This document shows positions 40,072 to 49,651 of a stretch of 64,000 nt of DNA, one piece after another. Made by a program: the position numbers and the translations under genes. The notes under the pieces were generated by a model. That model did not search any database, was not told where the DNA came from, and worked only from the letters and a program-made list of their open reading frames with translations. Location of the stretch: positions 44,537 to 108,536 of the forward strand of contig JBBRNJ010000022.1 in assembly GCA_038230375.1 (NCBI GenBank). The letters run 5' to 3'. Position 1 is the stretch's first letter. The number at the start of each line of letters is the position of its first letter. Source of the DNA: Polyangiales bacterium (GTDB lineage Bacteria > Myxococcota_A > Polyangia > Polyangiales > Polyangiaceae).

Positions 40072-41595
40072 ATGGGCGCCTGGATCGATGCCTCGAAATT
40101 CCTCCGCAGCGGCGGTCCGAGCGACGTCCGCCTCGATGGGGTGACCGACACCGTCGCGCAGAAGCTCGCGGGGTGCGCGCATCTCGCGAAGGTGCGATCG
40201 CTGGATCTCACCGGTGGCCGGATCGGCGAAAAGGGCGCCAGGGCGCTCGCCGAGTCGCCTCACGTTCAAGAGCTCACGTCGCTCTCCCTCTCGCAATGCC
40301 ACGCCAAGGACGCAGTGTTGATCGCCCTCAGCCGGTCGACCGCGTTGACGTCACTTCGCACGCTCGATCTCCACTGGAACGAGTTCGGGGCGCGGGGCTG
40401 GAAGGCGCTCACGAGCACCGCAGCGCTCCCTGCGCTCGTCGATCTTCGTGCGCGGTCCAACAACCTGGGTCCAAAGGGCTGGAAGACGCTGCTCGAGTCG
40501 CCTCTCATGGAAAGGCTCGAGGCGATCGACCTGTCGGAGACGCGCCCCAAGCGCGAAGGGCTCGATGCGCTTTTTTCCTCGAAGCCGCCGCGCCTGCGCA
40601 GGTTGACGATCGTCGCGGTCGACCTGGATGCACGAGGCATCGAGCGCCTTGTCTCGTGGCCAGCGCGGGCGGCGCTGACCGCGCTCGATGTTGGCCACAA
40701 CATCCTGTGCGCGCAAGGAGCGGCGAAGCTCCTCTCTGCCCCGTGGCCGCTCCTCGAGGAGCTCGGCCTGCGCGACACCTTCGTCGGGGAGCTGTTCAAA
40801 CCGCCGATGCCGCGGCTCGATGCCTTCAAGGCCCTCGCACGGCCGAAGGCTTTCCCCGGGCTGCGTTCTCTCGACTTGTCGGCGACAAGCCTGAGCGCCG
40901 ATGCCGCCCGCGTGCTCGCGCGCGCGCCGTTCATGGCGGTGCTCGAGACGCTGAACCTCGCGGAGATGCCGGTCGACGAGTCCCTCGAGCTCCTGCTCGC
41001 CTCACCGCGGCTCGAGCGTCTCTCCTCGCTCAACGTTCGCGGCACTGATCTGTCGGATCGCGGCGCACTCGCGCTCGCCCGCGCGAAGCATCTCCGTGCG
41101 CTCGTGAACGTCGATGCAATGTGGAATCCTCTGATCGGCGCCGAGGGGCACCGCGCACTCCGCGCGCGCTTCGGCAAGGGCTTGCTACTTCCGCCGAAGC
41201 CGACTCCCCCGCCCAAGCCGGAGCGGACGCCCCGTTCGGCGCCCAAGGAGCCGGCAAAGCCGAAGCGGCTCCCGCTTGCGAAGCTTGCACGGATCGCACG
41301 GTCGAAGCCGTTCGAGCACTGGCGGCCGATGATGACCGCAAGGGAGACGAATGCGTCGACCGCGCTGATAGCGCGGGCCTGCAAGCAGCTCATGGCGCTT
41401 GGCGAGGACGCGAGCCCCGCGGCGCAGAAGAAGGTGCTGCGTGCGTGCGTCGTCGGGTTCAACGCGCTCTACCGCAAGCACGAGTTCATCCAGACGACCG
41501 AGGCCGAGGACATCAGCGAGGTCATCGACAACATCGCCGACCACACCAGCTTCTTCGGCGCGCAGGACCTCGCGGGTCCGTGGCGAGACTGGTAG
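40072..41595 (+). CDS. Leucine-rich repeat protein with helical C-terminal domain
   Basis: About 28-aa repeats LxxLDLxxNxxGxxGxxAL; Pro/Lys linker; C-terminal FIQTTEAEDI...WRDW. Confidence 0.85.
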   Translation: MGAWIDASKFLRSGGPSDVRLDGVTDTVAQKLAGCAHLAKVRSLDLTGGRIGEKGARALAESPHVQELTSLSLSQCHAKDAVLIALSRSTALTSLRTLDLHWNEFGARGWKALTSTAALPALVDLRARSNNLGPKGWKTLLESPLMERLEAIDLSETRPKREGLDALFSSKPPRLRRLTIVAVDLDARGIERLVSWPARAALTALDVGHNILCAQGAAKLLSAPWPLLEELGLRDTFVGELFKPPMPRLDAFKALARPKAFPGLRSLDLSATSLSADAARVLARAPFMAVLETLNLAEMPVDESLELLLASPRLERLSSLNVRGTDLSDRGALALARAKHLRALVNVDAMWNPLIGAEGHRALRARFGKGLLLPPKPTPPPKPERTPRSAPKEPAKPKRLPLAKLARIARSKPFEHWRPMMTARETNASTALIARACKQLMALGEDASPAAQKKVLRACVVGFNALYRKHEFIQTTEAEDISEVIDNIADHTSFFGAQDLAGPWRDW

Positions 41596-41619
41596 TCGCG
41601 CGACCCTTCCAGAAGTGGG

Positions 41620-42006
41620 TCAGCCGGAGAACGAGCGCGTCATCTCGTCGAGCTCGGCGCGATCGAGCCCCTTCTCCTTCGCGAGCGCGTCGAGCCATGC
41701 ATGGCGGCGCGCGCGGATCCACAGACTGGAGAGGCGCGGGCCGGCGATGAGCATGGGGATGAGCCCCAGCGTGAGGCTGGCGATGGCCATCATCTTGAGC
41801 GGGATCGGAAGTCCATGCGCCTCGTAGTAGTCCCAGAACAAGTTGTAGAGGCCACCCGCCATCGCGAGCCCCACGAAGAGAGACCCCACTGCGAAGACGC
41901 CACGCACGCGCCGCGTACGCTTTGCCATGGCGGCGATCGCTGCGTGCTCGGGATCGGGAGGCTCGTGGGGCGGCGGCACGTTCTCGCGGTAGGGAACCTG
42001 TGTCAC
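41620..42006 (-). CDS. Small two-TM membrane protein
   Basis: MTQVPYRE N-terminus, two hydrophobic helices; TATACT 7 nt before GTG. Confidence 0.65.
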   Translation of the reverse strand: MTQVPYRENVPPPHEPPDPEHAAIAAMAKRTRRVRGVFAVGSLFVGLAMAGGLYNLFWDYYEAHGLPIPLKMMAIASLTLGLIPMLIAGPRLSSLWIRARRHAWLDALAKEKGLDRAELDEMTRSFSG

Positions 42007-42030
42007 GTCGCCAAGTATACGCCTGGAACG

Positions 42031-42447
42031 TCACGACGCTTGCTGGGGTGATCCGATGCGAGGCTCACGCCTCATCTGGCGCAGGTAGTACGCGCAACCA
42101 AGGGCAAGGCACACGTGCAAGACGGTGTTTGGTGCGAACGAGCCAACCGTGTGGAAGACGCCAGAGAGGTACGCGTGCGGATCCACCGGAAGAATTCCAA
42201 GTTGAAGGACCATGTTCGCCACGAGCACTGCGCGGAGCGTGGGCGAGGAGGCGTGCTTGCGAACGAGGAAGTTGAGAAGACCGACGGCGCAGAGGAGGAC
42301 GCCGGCGGTGCGCGCGTAGACGTTCGCGGTCGCGCTGGGTGGCGCGAGCTTCACGCTCTCGATCAGCACGGATGGTGCACACAAACACATGAGCCCCACA
42401 AGCAGCGGAACGATGGCGCTGATGGTGAGAAAGGTGCTCCGTTTCAT
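42031..42447 (-). CDS. Small four-TM membrane protein
   Basis: Four hydrophobic helices; GAGGAGG SD; ATGA overlap with the TetR stop. Confidence 0.75.
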   Translation of the reverse strand: MKRSTFLTISAIVPLLVGLMCLCAPSVLIESVKLAPPSATANVYARTAGVLLCAVGLLNFLVRKHASSPTLRAVLVANMVLQLGILPVDPHAYLSGVFHTVGSFAPNTVLHVCLALGCAYYLRQMRREPRIGSPQQAS

Positions 42448-43085
42448 GTCGTCCTCCTCTGTCTATTGCTCGATCTTTTGCTCGGTCTCTTGCTCGGCCT
42501 CTTGCAAGGTGCACGGAGCGCGCCGAAGGTCTCGACGATGGAAGCCTGCACGTCCGCACTGGTTCCGCCGGTGTGCGACAGTGCGCTGAGCCCGTGGAGC
42601 ACGGTGAACAGGTACGCAGCTGCGTGTTTTGGATCGAGGTCTGCGCGCGCCTCGCCGCGTGCCACAGAGGCCGCGATCACGGCGCTGAACGCTGCGCGAA
42701 CAGCGGCGCCACTGGCTGTGACAAGGGCGCGAATTTCGGGGTCCGAGGTCTGTTCGCCGAACGCGGTCTTCACAAGGAGACAGGCCGACACGCCCTGTGC
42801 TCGCAGCACGGAGAGGAACGTCTCCAGATACTGCGAGAGCTCCGCGAGACCCGCGCCCGGCGCACCGAGCGGCGTGAGGCTCTCGCTCACGTGGGCGCGA
42901 TAACGCGCCAGCGCGGCAAGGAAGAGCCCACGCTTGTCACCGAACGCGTTGTAGAGGCTCTGGGCCTTGAGGCCCGTCGCTTCAACAAGGTCGCGAATGC
43001 TGGCGCCCTCGAAGCCACGCATCCAGAAGGCCGAGAGAGAACGCTCGAGCACCAGGTCCATGTCGAACTCACGTGTCCTGGCCAT
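42444..43085 (-). CDS. TetR/AcrR family transcriptional regulator
   Basis: MARTREFD...FW.RGFEGASIRDLVEATGL...SLYNAFGDKRGLF; CLLV. Confidence 0.93.
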   Translation of the reverse strand: MARTREFDMDLVLERSLSAFWMRGFEGASIRDLVEATGLKAQSLYNAFGDKRGLFLAALARYRAHVSESLTPLGAPGAGLAELSQYLETFLSVLRAQGVSACLLVKTAFGEQTSDPEIRALVTASGAAVRAAFSAVIAASVARGEARADLDPKHAAAYLFTVLHGLSALSHTGGTSADVQASIVETFGALRAPCKRPSKRPSKRSSNRQRRTT

Positions 43086-43104
43086 GAAAAGAAAGTGACA
43101 TATC

Positions 43105-43143
43105 TTGAGCGATCGTTCAACAAATTCTTGAACGAACGATCCA
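43105..43143. promoter_or_regulatory. Tandem palindromic operators, probably bound by the adjacent TetR
   Basis: TTGAGCGATCGTTCAA (43105-43120) and TTGAACGAACGATCCA (43128-43143), in AT-rich DNA 20-60 nt upstream of the TetR ATG. Confidence 0.7.
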
Positions 43144-43424
43144 TTATTTCTTGCGCTCCCGCCCGGTCAGCAACGACCTCGGCATGGACCTTCCCATGAC
43201 TCCGGGTGGTACTGCGGTCGGCGTGGGGGACGAACGGTGCCTCGTCGCGCCGGACGCCTCCGTTGCGCGGACTGGCTCCCCCGCCTTGGGCGTTCAGGTT
43301 CACCTCTCAGGTGTACGTCACGCAAAGAAATGCCGACAAAATCGCAGATTCACCCGGAATTGTACACCTGCTGGGTGTACAGCCATTCACGGCGATTCAC
43401 GAGGCGGTCCCAAGGGAGGCGCCC

Positions 43425-43457
43425 GACCTCGACCTCGACTTCGACCTCGACTTCGAC
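43425..43457. repeat. (GACYTC)5.5 hexamer run abutting the ABC transporter stop codon
   Basis: GACCTC GACCTC GACTTC GACCTC GACTTC GAC. Confidence 0.9.
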
Positions 43458-43458
43458 G

Positions 43459-45441
43459 TTACTGGTATCCCCTCGCCTGCATCTCGTAGAGCCGCGCGTA
43501 CGTCTTGTGCGCTGCTACCAGATCTGCGTGCGTGCCGTCCTCGACCACGTGACCGTTCTCGAGCACCAGGATGCGGTCCGCCATGCGTACCGTGGGGAAG
43601 CGGTGCGAGATGATGAAGGTCGTCTTGCCTTGCGAGAGCTCGCGGAAGCGCTCGAACACCGCGTACTCCGCCTCGGCGTCCAGCGCTGCGGTGGGCTCGT
43701 CCAGGACCAGGATGTCCGCCTCCTCGCGCATGAAGCCACGCGAGAGCGCGATCTTCTGCCACTGCCCGCCGGACAGCTCCACACCGTCCTGGAACCAGCG
43801 ACCGAGCGCCGTGTCCATGCCCGACGCGAGGCCGCTCACCACAGGCTCCGCACCGCCCCGCGTGACAGCGCGCTCGAGCCGCGTCTCATCCTCCATGTTG
43901 GTCACGCTGCCAACACCGACGTTCTCGCGCACGCGCAGCTGGTACTGATTGAAGTCCTGGAACACGACACCGAAGCGCAAGCGCAGCTTCACCTCGTCCC
44001 ATTCCCGAAGGTCACGCCCATCGAGCAAGATGCGACCACTGGTGGGCTCGTACAGACGCGTGAGCAGCTTCACGAGCGTGGTCTTGCCCGCCCCGTTCTG
44101 CCCGACCAGAGCAACGGACTGCCCACGAGGAATCGAAACACTGACATCCTCGAGCACGAACTTCTCAGCCCCAGGATATTTGAACGACACCCGGTCGAGC
44201 ACGATCCCGGTCGAGGTCAAGGTCGAGGTCGGGGTCGAGGTCGGGGTCGAGGTCGAGGTCGAGGTCGAGGTCGAGGTCGAGGTCGAGGTCGAGGTCGAGG
44301 TCGGGGTCGAAGTCGTTGTCGTTGTCGCTGTCGCTTCTCTCTTCCCTTCCTGCGCCTCCCCTTCCGTCGACTGATCGAGAAACGCAAACAGGTTCGACAT
44401 GTAGAGGTTGTGCTCGTACATGCTCCCGATCCCGCTCAAGATCGACTGGAACGCCTGCTGGCCGCTCCGGAACGCGAGCACGTACATCGTCATGCTGCCC
44501 AGCGTCAGCTTTGACAGCGCCGTCAGCACCGCCATGAACGCATACGCGCCATAGAAGGAGAGCGTGGCGATCATGGAGAGCAGATGCCCGTAGATGGTGC
44601 GGCGTATGGCGAGCTTCGTGTCCTCCTTGTGGAACTTCTCGGCGAGCTCCTTGTAGCGACCCAGGAAGAGCGAGCCCAGGCCGAAGAGCTTCACCTCCTT
44701 CGCGTGCTCGTCGTTCGCAAGGACGTACTCGTAGTAGATGAGCCGGCGCGCGTCTGGTGAGCGCCAGTTGCGCAGGCGGAAGGCCGTCTTGGAGAAGCGC
44801 ATCTCCGCGATCGTCGCCGGGATCGTAGCTACCATCAGCACCACCACGATGAGCCCGGAGAAGCGCACCAGCAGCGCGCCGTAGCCGATCAGCGTGAGCA
44901 CGGACTGCACGAGCGAGAAGCTCTCGCGCACGAGTGACAGCGGCCGAGAGCTCGCCTCGCGTCGCGCCTTGGACATCTTGTCGTAGAACTCGGAGTCCTC
45001 GAAGTGCGAGAGCGACAGCTTCGTCGCACGCTCCAGGATCTCCACGTTGATGTCAGTGCCCAGCCGTGAACCGAGCGTGCTCGTGGTGAGCGAGAGACCG
45101 CGGGTGTTCGTTGCCGAGAAGGCCACGAGCGCGAGCTCGATCAGCACCCAGTGCAGCGCGACGTCCTTGTGGTGATCGACCACCGCATCCACGATGCGCT
45201 TTCCCGCCAGCGCAATGAGCGGCGGGATCATGGCCCCCGTGAGCGTCAGTATGGCGAGCGCGACCGTCAGCTTGGGCGACGAGCGCCACACGATGCCGAG
45301 CGTGCGCCGCGTGTAGCGGAACGACTCGACCATGCCCTTCGCGAAGGAACGCTTCGGCGGGTCCACCGGCGGGCCGCCATGGCCGGGCGGGCTTGCGCTC
45401 TTCCCGGTGGCCTTCGCCTTCTTGTTAGATCGTGTCGCCAA
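43459..45441 (-). CDS. ABC exporter, fused TMD-NBD with a Thr-Ser repeat linker
   Basis: GQNGAGKTT; LSGGQWQ; VLDEPTAALD; ISHRF. Confidence 0.93.
   Translation of the reverse strand: MATRSNKKAKATGKSASPPGHGGPPVDPPKRSFAKGMVESFRYTRRTLGIVWRSSPKLTVALAILTLTGAMIPPLIALAGKRIVDAVVDHHKDVALHWVLIELALVAFSATNTRGLSLTTSTLGSRLGTDINVEILERATKLSLSHFEDSEFYDKMSKARREASSRPLSLVRESFSLVQSVLTLIGYGALLVRFSGLIVVVLMVATIPATIAEMRFSKTAFRLRNWRSPDARRLIYYEYVLANDEHAKEVKLFGLGSLFLGRYKELAEKFHKEDTKLAIRRTIYGHLLSMIATLSFYGAYAFMAVLTALSKLTLGSMTMYVLAFRSGQQAFQSILSGIGSMYEHNLYMSNLFAFLDQSTEGEAQEGKREATATTTTTSTPTSTSTSTSTSTSTSTSTSTPTSTPTSTLTSTGIVLDRVSFKYPGAEKFVLEDVSVSIPRGQSVALVGQNGAGKTTLVKLLTRLYEPTSGRILLDGRDLREWDEVKLRLRFGVVFQDFNQYQLRVRENVGVGSVTNMEDETRLERAVTRGGAEPVVSGLASGMDTALGRWFQDGVELSGGQWQKIALSRGFMREEADILVLDEPTAALDAEAEYAVFERFRELSQGKTTFIISHRFPTVRMADRILVLENGHVVEDGTHADLVAAHKTYARLYEMQARGYQ
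44209..44314. repeat. (GGTCGA)-type hexamer array, about 18 units, encoding a TS/TP linker
   Basis: Read directly; reverse complement of the GACCTC arrays. Confidence 0.95.
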
Positions 45442-46159
45442 GTGCCGCTTGTATCTTCGGGGCCGAGAAGCCCACCATGATCTTTCCGCCGACGTCGATG
45501 ACGGGAATGCTCCCGCCCGACAGCCCGGCCTTCGCCAGCTTCGCGCGCATCTCGCGCTCCGCGCCCGAGTCCTTCTCGATGTCCTTCTCGACGAACTTCA
45601 CATGCTTGCCGGAGAGCCACTTTGCGGCCTCGTGGCAGGCACCGCACCACTCCGCGCCGTAGATGATCACACGCGGCTGGCCGGTCGCGGCGAGCGCGCC
45701 AAGACTGATGCCGCCATCACCCTGCACCGCCCCACCCTGCGCGTTCGCGCCGTTGGACGCGAGCGTTGGGCCCACCGCCTTGCGCCGCTCCACGATGTAG
45801 CTCTCGAACTCCGAGCGAGGCGACTGCGCGACCGCATAGGTGCCGTCCTCGTTCTTCCTGGTGAGGTCCGCGAGGTACATCATGTCCTCCGGTGGCGCGT
45901 GCGCGGGATCCATGACGCGGACCTTCTGCGCCTGCGCTGGGGGCACCTCCGCGATCGTGTCCACGACGTGCGGGTTCCCCTTCTCGTCCACGTACGTGAA
46001 GCTCAGCCCTTTGGCGTCATCGCGAACGGTCGGCAGTACTGTTTGCTCCGCGGCGATCCCGGCCTGGTCCTTCTTGCAACCAGTCAACGGTCCGAGCGCC
46101 GCCGCAGCGAGCGCGAGAGAACAGGCAAAAACGCCCGCTAGATGACGCCGGCGGGTCAT
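45425..46159 (-). CDS. Glutaredoxin-domain lipoprotein
   Basis: Lipobox LTGC; YGAEWCGAC; SIPVIDVGG..MVGFS; ATGA coupling with ABC-F. Confidence 0.85.
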   Translation of the reverse strand: MTRRRHLAGVFACSLALAAAALGPLTGCKKDQAGIAAEQTVLPTVRDDAKGLSFTYVDEKGNPHVVDTIAEVPPAQAQKVRVMDPAHAPPEDMMYLADLTRKNEDGTYAVAQSPRSEFESYIVERRKAVGPTLASNGANAQGGAVQGDGGISLGALAATGQPRVIIYGAEWCGACHEAAKWLSGKHVKFVEKDIEKDSGAEREMRAKLAKAGLSGGSIPVIDVGGKIMVGFSAPKIQAALGDTI

Positions 46160-48123
46160 GGCTCCTCGGACAGTTTGGTCCATTCGGACATCATCGTATC
46201 CACTCGTTTGGCGAGTTGCTGCTCCTCCGAGGCTTTTTTTGCGAGCTTCGCCCAGTCCCCGCCGGGGTCCTCGCGCAGGGCAGCGCGACGCTCCTCGAGC
46301 TCCTTCTCGCCCGCGGCGATCAGGTCCTCGAGCTCGGCGATGCGCTTTCGCTTCTTCTCCTTGTCGCGGGCAAGCGCCTTCTGTTGCTCGAAGCTCTGCT
46401 TCCCCTGCGGTGCGTCCTTCGGCGGCGGCGCGACGCTCTTCGATGCGTTCTTCTTTTTCTGCGACGCGGCCTCGATGAGCGCGGCGGCATTGTCTTCCTT
46501 CGCCTGCCTCGCCTCTTTCGCCTGCTGCGCCGCGTAGTCCTTGAAGCCACCCGGGAAGACGTCCGCGTGTCCGTCGCGTACGACGATGAGGCGCGTGGTG
46601 GTCGCCTCGAGGAAGCGGCGATCGTGCGAGACCAGGAGCACGGTGCCCGGAAATCCGGTGAGCGCCTCCTCGAGGATCTCCGCCGCGGGAATGTCGAGGT
46701 GGTTCGTGGGCTCGTCCAGGAAGAGCAGGTTCTTCGGCTCGAGCAGCAGCTTCGCCAGCGCCAACCGCGAGCGTTCACCACCCGAGAAGCCACCCACGCT
46801 GCGGAGCGGATCGTCGCCGTAGAAGCGGAAGCGGGCAAGGTACTGACGCGCGACCTCCACGGTGAAGTCACCGCGGATGGTGCGCACCTCCTCCGTCGCG
46901 GTGTTCTTCGGGTTCACGCCGCCCAGGTGCTGATCGAAGTAGCCGTCGGCAAGGTTGGTCCCGCGCTTGATGTCGCCCAGATCTTCTGGAAGCCCACGGC
47001 CCGCGAGCAGCTTGAGCAGCGTGGTCTTGCCCGCGCCGTTCGGCCCGACGATGCCGATGCGGTCACCACGACGCACGAGCAGATCGAGCGGCCCGAACAG
47101 CGTGTTGCCACCGCGCGCCGCCTCGAGGCCCTTCGCGTCGATGACGATGTCTCCCGTGCGCGGCGCCTCCGCAAAGCGAAAGCGCACACGCTCCGCCGCT
47201 TGCCACACGTCCTCCGGGTTATCGAGCCGGTCGATCTTGTCGAGCATCTTGCGACGGCTCTGCGCCTGCTTCGTCTTCTGTCCCGCGATGTTCTTGCGGA
47301 TGAAGTCTTCCGTCTTGTCGATGAACGCCTGTTGGCGCTCCAGGAGCGCGCGCTCGCGGGCCAGGTCTTCTTCCCGTGCGACGGCGTAGTCGGAGTAGCG
47401 GAGCGGATAGACACGCAGCTGCTGGCGCCCGAGCTCCATCGTCTCCGTGCACACGTTGTCCAGGAACGCGCGATCGTGCGAGACGATGAGCAACGCACCA
47501 CGGAACCCCGACAGGTACTGCTCGAGCCAGCCGATCGTGTCGAGGTCGAGGTGGTTCGTGGGCTCGTCGAGCAAGAGCAGCGTGGGCTCTTGCGCAAGCA
47601 CCACGCCGAGCTGCAGGCGTCCGCGCTCGCCGCCGGAGAGCGACGTGACGGGACGCGAGAGATCCTTCTCCTCGAAGCCCAGCTTCGTGACGATGGCGGC
47701 GACCTTGTGCTCGAGCGCGTCGCCGCGGAGCATGTGGTAGCGGTCCTCGAGCTCCGCGAGCTTCTTCAGCGCGGGATCATCCTCTGACGTGGCATGCGCG
47801 GCGGCGTCGCGCGCGCGACCGAGCTCTTCCCGCAGCGCGGTCACCTCCGCGAAGCCAGAGAGGAGCGCGCTCATGACGTCACCGGTCGCGGCGATCTCGT
47901 GCGACTGACGGTAGTAGCCAAGCTTCGCATCCTTGGAGATGACGACGCTGCCACCGTCGGGCTCCATCTCCTTCGCGATGATGCGAAGCAGCGTGGACTT
48001 CCCCGCGCCGTTCGGCGCAACGAGGGCAGCGCGCTCGCCAGCGGCCAGGCTGAAGGTGACGCCCTGGAAGAGGGTGGAGCCAGCGAACCCGAAGCGTACG
48101 TCTGCGACTTGAAGAAGCGTCAC
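46156..48123 (-). CDS. ABC-F family ATP-binding protein (Uup/YheS-like)
   Basis: Two NBDs (APNGAGKST, GPNGAGKTT; SGGER; LDEPTNHLD), no TM segments, C-terminal coiled coil. Confidence 0.93.
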   Translation of the reverse strand: MTLLQVADVRFGFAGSTLFQGVTFSLAAGERAALVAPNGAGKSTLLRIIAKEMEPDGGSVVISKDAKLGYYRQSHEIAATGDVMSALLSGFAEVTALREELGRARDAAAHATSEDDPALKKLAELEDRYHMLRGDALEHKVAAIVTKLGFEEKDLSRPVTSLSGGERGRLQLGVVLAQEPTLLLLDEPTNHLDLDTIGWLEQYLSGFRGALLIVSHDRAFLDNVCTETMELGRQQLRVYPLRYSDYAVAREEDLARERALLERQQAFIDKTEDFIRKNIAGQKTKQAQSRRKMLDKIDRLDNPEDVWQAAERVRFRFAEAPRTGDIVIDAKGLEAARGGNTLFGPLDLLVRRGDRIGIVGPNGAGKTTLLKLLAGRGLPEDLGDIKRGTNLADGYFDQHLGGVNPKNTATEEVRTIRGDFTVEVARQYLARFRFYGDDPLRSVGGFSGGERSRLALAKLLLEPKNLLFLDEPTNHLDIPAAEILEEALTGFPGTVLLVSHDRRFLEATTTRLIVVRDGHADVFPGGFKDYAAQQAKEARQAKEDNAAALIEAASQKKKNASKSVAPPPKDAPQGKQSFEQQKALARDKEKKRKRIAELEDLIAAGEKELEERRAALREDPGGDWAKLAKKASEEQQLAKRVDTMMSEWTKLSEEP

Positions 48124-48267
48124 GGCAAGAAGCTCCGCTTATAGTACGTCCCTGTCGCCGCAGCGCGACAGAAGCAGCTCTATTGACCCTGGCTACAATA
48201 GGCCGCCCAGACACCACCCCCGCGCCCCAGCAACCCACAAAACGTGGGAATTTCGCGCCCACCTACC

Positions 48268-48283
48268 TGGTGCGCAGCTTGCT
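48268..48283 (+). promoter_or_regulatory. Sigma54-type -24/-12 promoter
   Basis: TGGTGCGCAGCTTGCT (GG-N10-GC); the -12 C is 13 nt before ATG 48295. Confidence 0.55.
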
Positions 48284-48294
48284 TGACGAGGGGT

Positions 48295-48576
48295 ATGGAC
48301 GCACCCGCGCAGGTCACCCGCCGCTCCCATTCAATCCCGCCGCTCGCCATGGACGCGAGCCCGGAAGAGGGTGGCTTCCTGACGAAGGTGGACGCGAGAG
48401 CGCTGACATCGCTGGTGGCGCTGGCGCTAGCCCTGACAGTCGTATGCCTCGTCGCGATCGTGGGTCACATCAAGCATGCGAACGGGTCAGCGGAAGCAAG
48501 CGCCCAGAATGAGCCGCTGGTGAACGAGGGGGTCGAGATCCCAGCGCCGGCGATCAACCTGACGCAACCGGAGTAG
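48295..48576 (+). CDS. Small single-TM hypothetical protein
   Basis: Hydrophobic helix LVALALALTVVCLVAIVG; start 48295 or 48349. Confidence 0.55.
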   Translation: MDAPAQVTRRSHSIPPLAMDASPEEGGFLTKVDARALTSLVALALALTVVCLVAIVGHIKHANGSAEASAQNEPLVNEGVEIPAPAINLTQPE

Positions 48577-48652
48577 TAGGCGCCACCCTTCCCGCGACCT
48601 GTCCTCGGTGCCTCGCGCCAACCTACGGCCGTTGATCGCGGAGCGACATCGC

Positions 48653-48761
48653 CGACTCGCGACTTCGACTTCGACCCTCGACTTCGACCCTCGACATCGA
48701 CATCGACCCTGACGTCGACTTCGACATCGACCCTGACGTCGACTTCGACATCGACACTCGA
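48653..48761. repeat. Degenerate (TCGAC)-based hexamer array with an internal 24-bp duplication
   Basis: GACTTC/GACATC/GACCCT units; CGACATCGACCCTGACGTCGACTT twice; lies between convergent genes. Confidence 0.85.
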
Positions 48762-48779
48762 GCAGTCGCTAGCCTCGCG

Positions 48780-49412
<633 letters not shown>

Positions 49413-49651
49413 GAGACCTCCGCGTTGCACGTACGTCGTCCTGCATGGTCCGTGCTCAGCGCGCACCCCTTGCGTTACGCGCGGTTCCAATGCTTGCGCT
49501 GCACAAGCTGAGCGCCACAGGCAGCTTTGTGGATCGTCTCGGAACCAGCGAGGTGTTTTCCGTACATGCCCAGTGACTTCGCGGTGACAGGCCCGGAACA
49601 AGTGGACGGCCGCGCTTGCGGCGCGCCCGTCCAGGGCGAACCTTGTCGGAC

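Noticed and set aside
49502..49517. Possible sigma54 promoter TGGCGCTCAGCTTGTG on the minus strand
   Set aside because: The -12 element reads GT instead of the near-invariant GC; too weak to call
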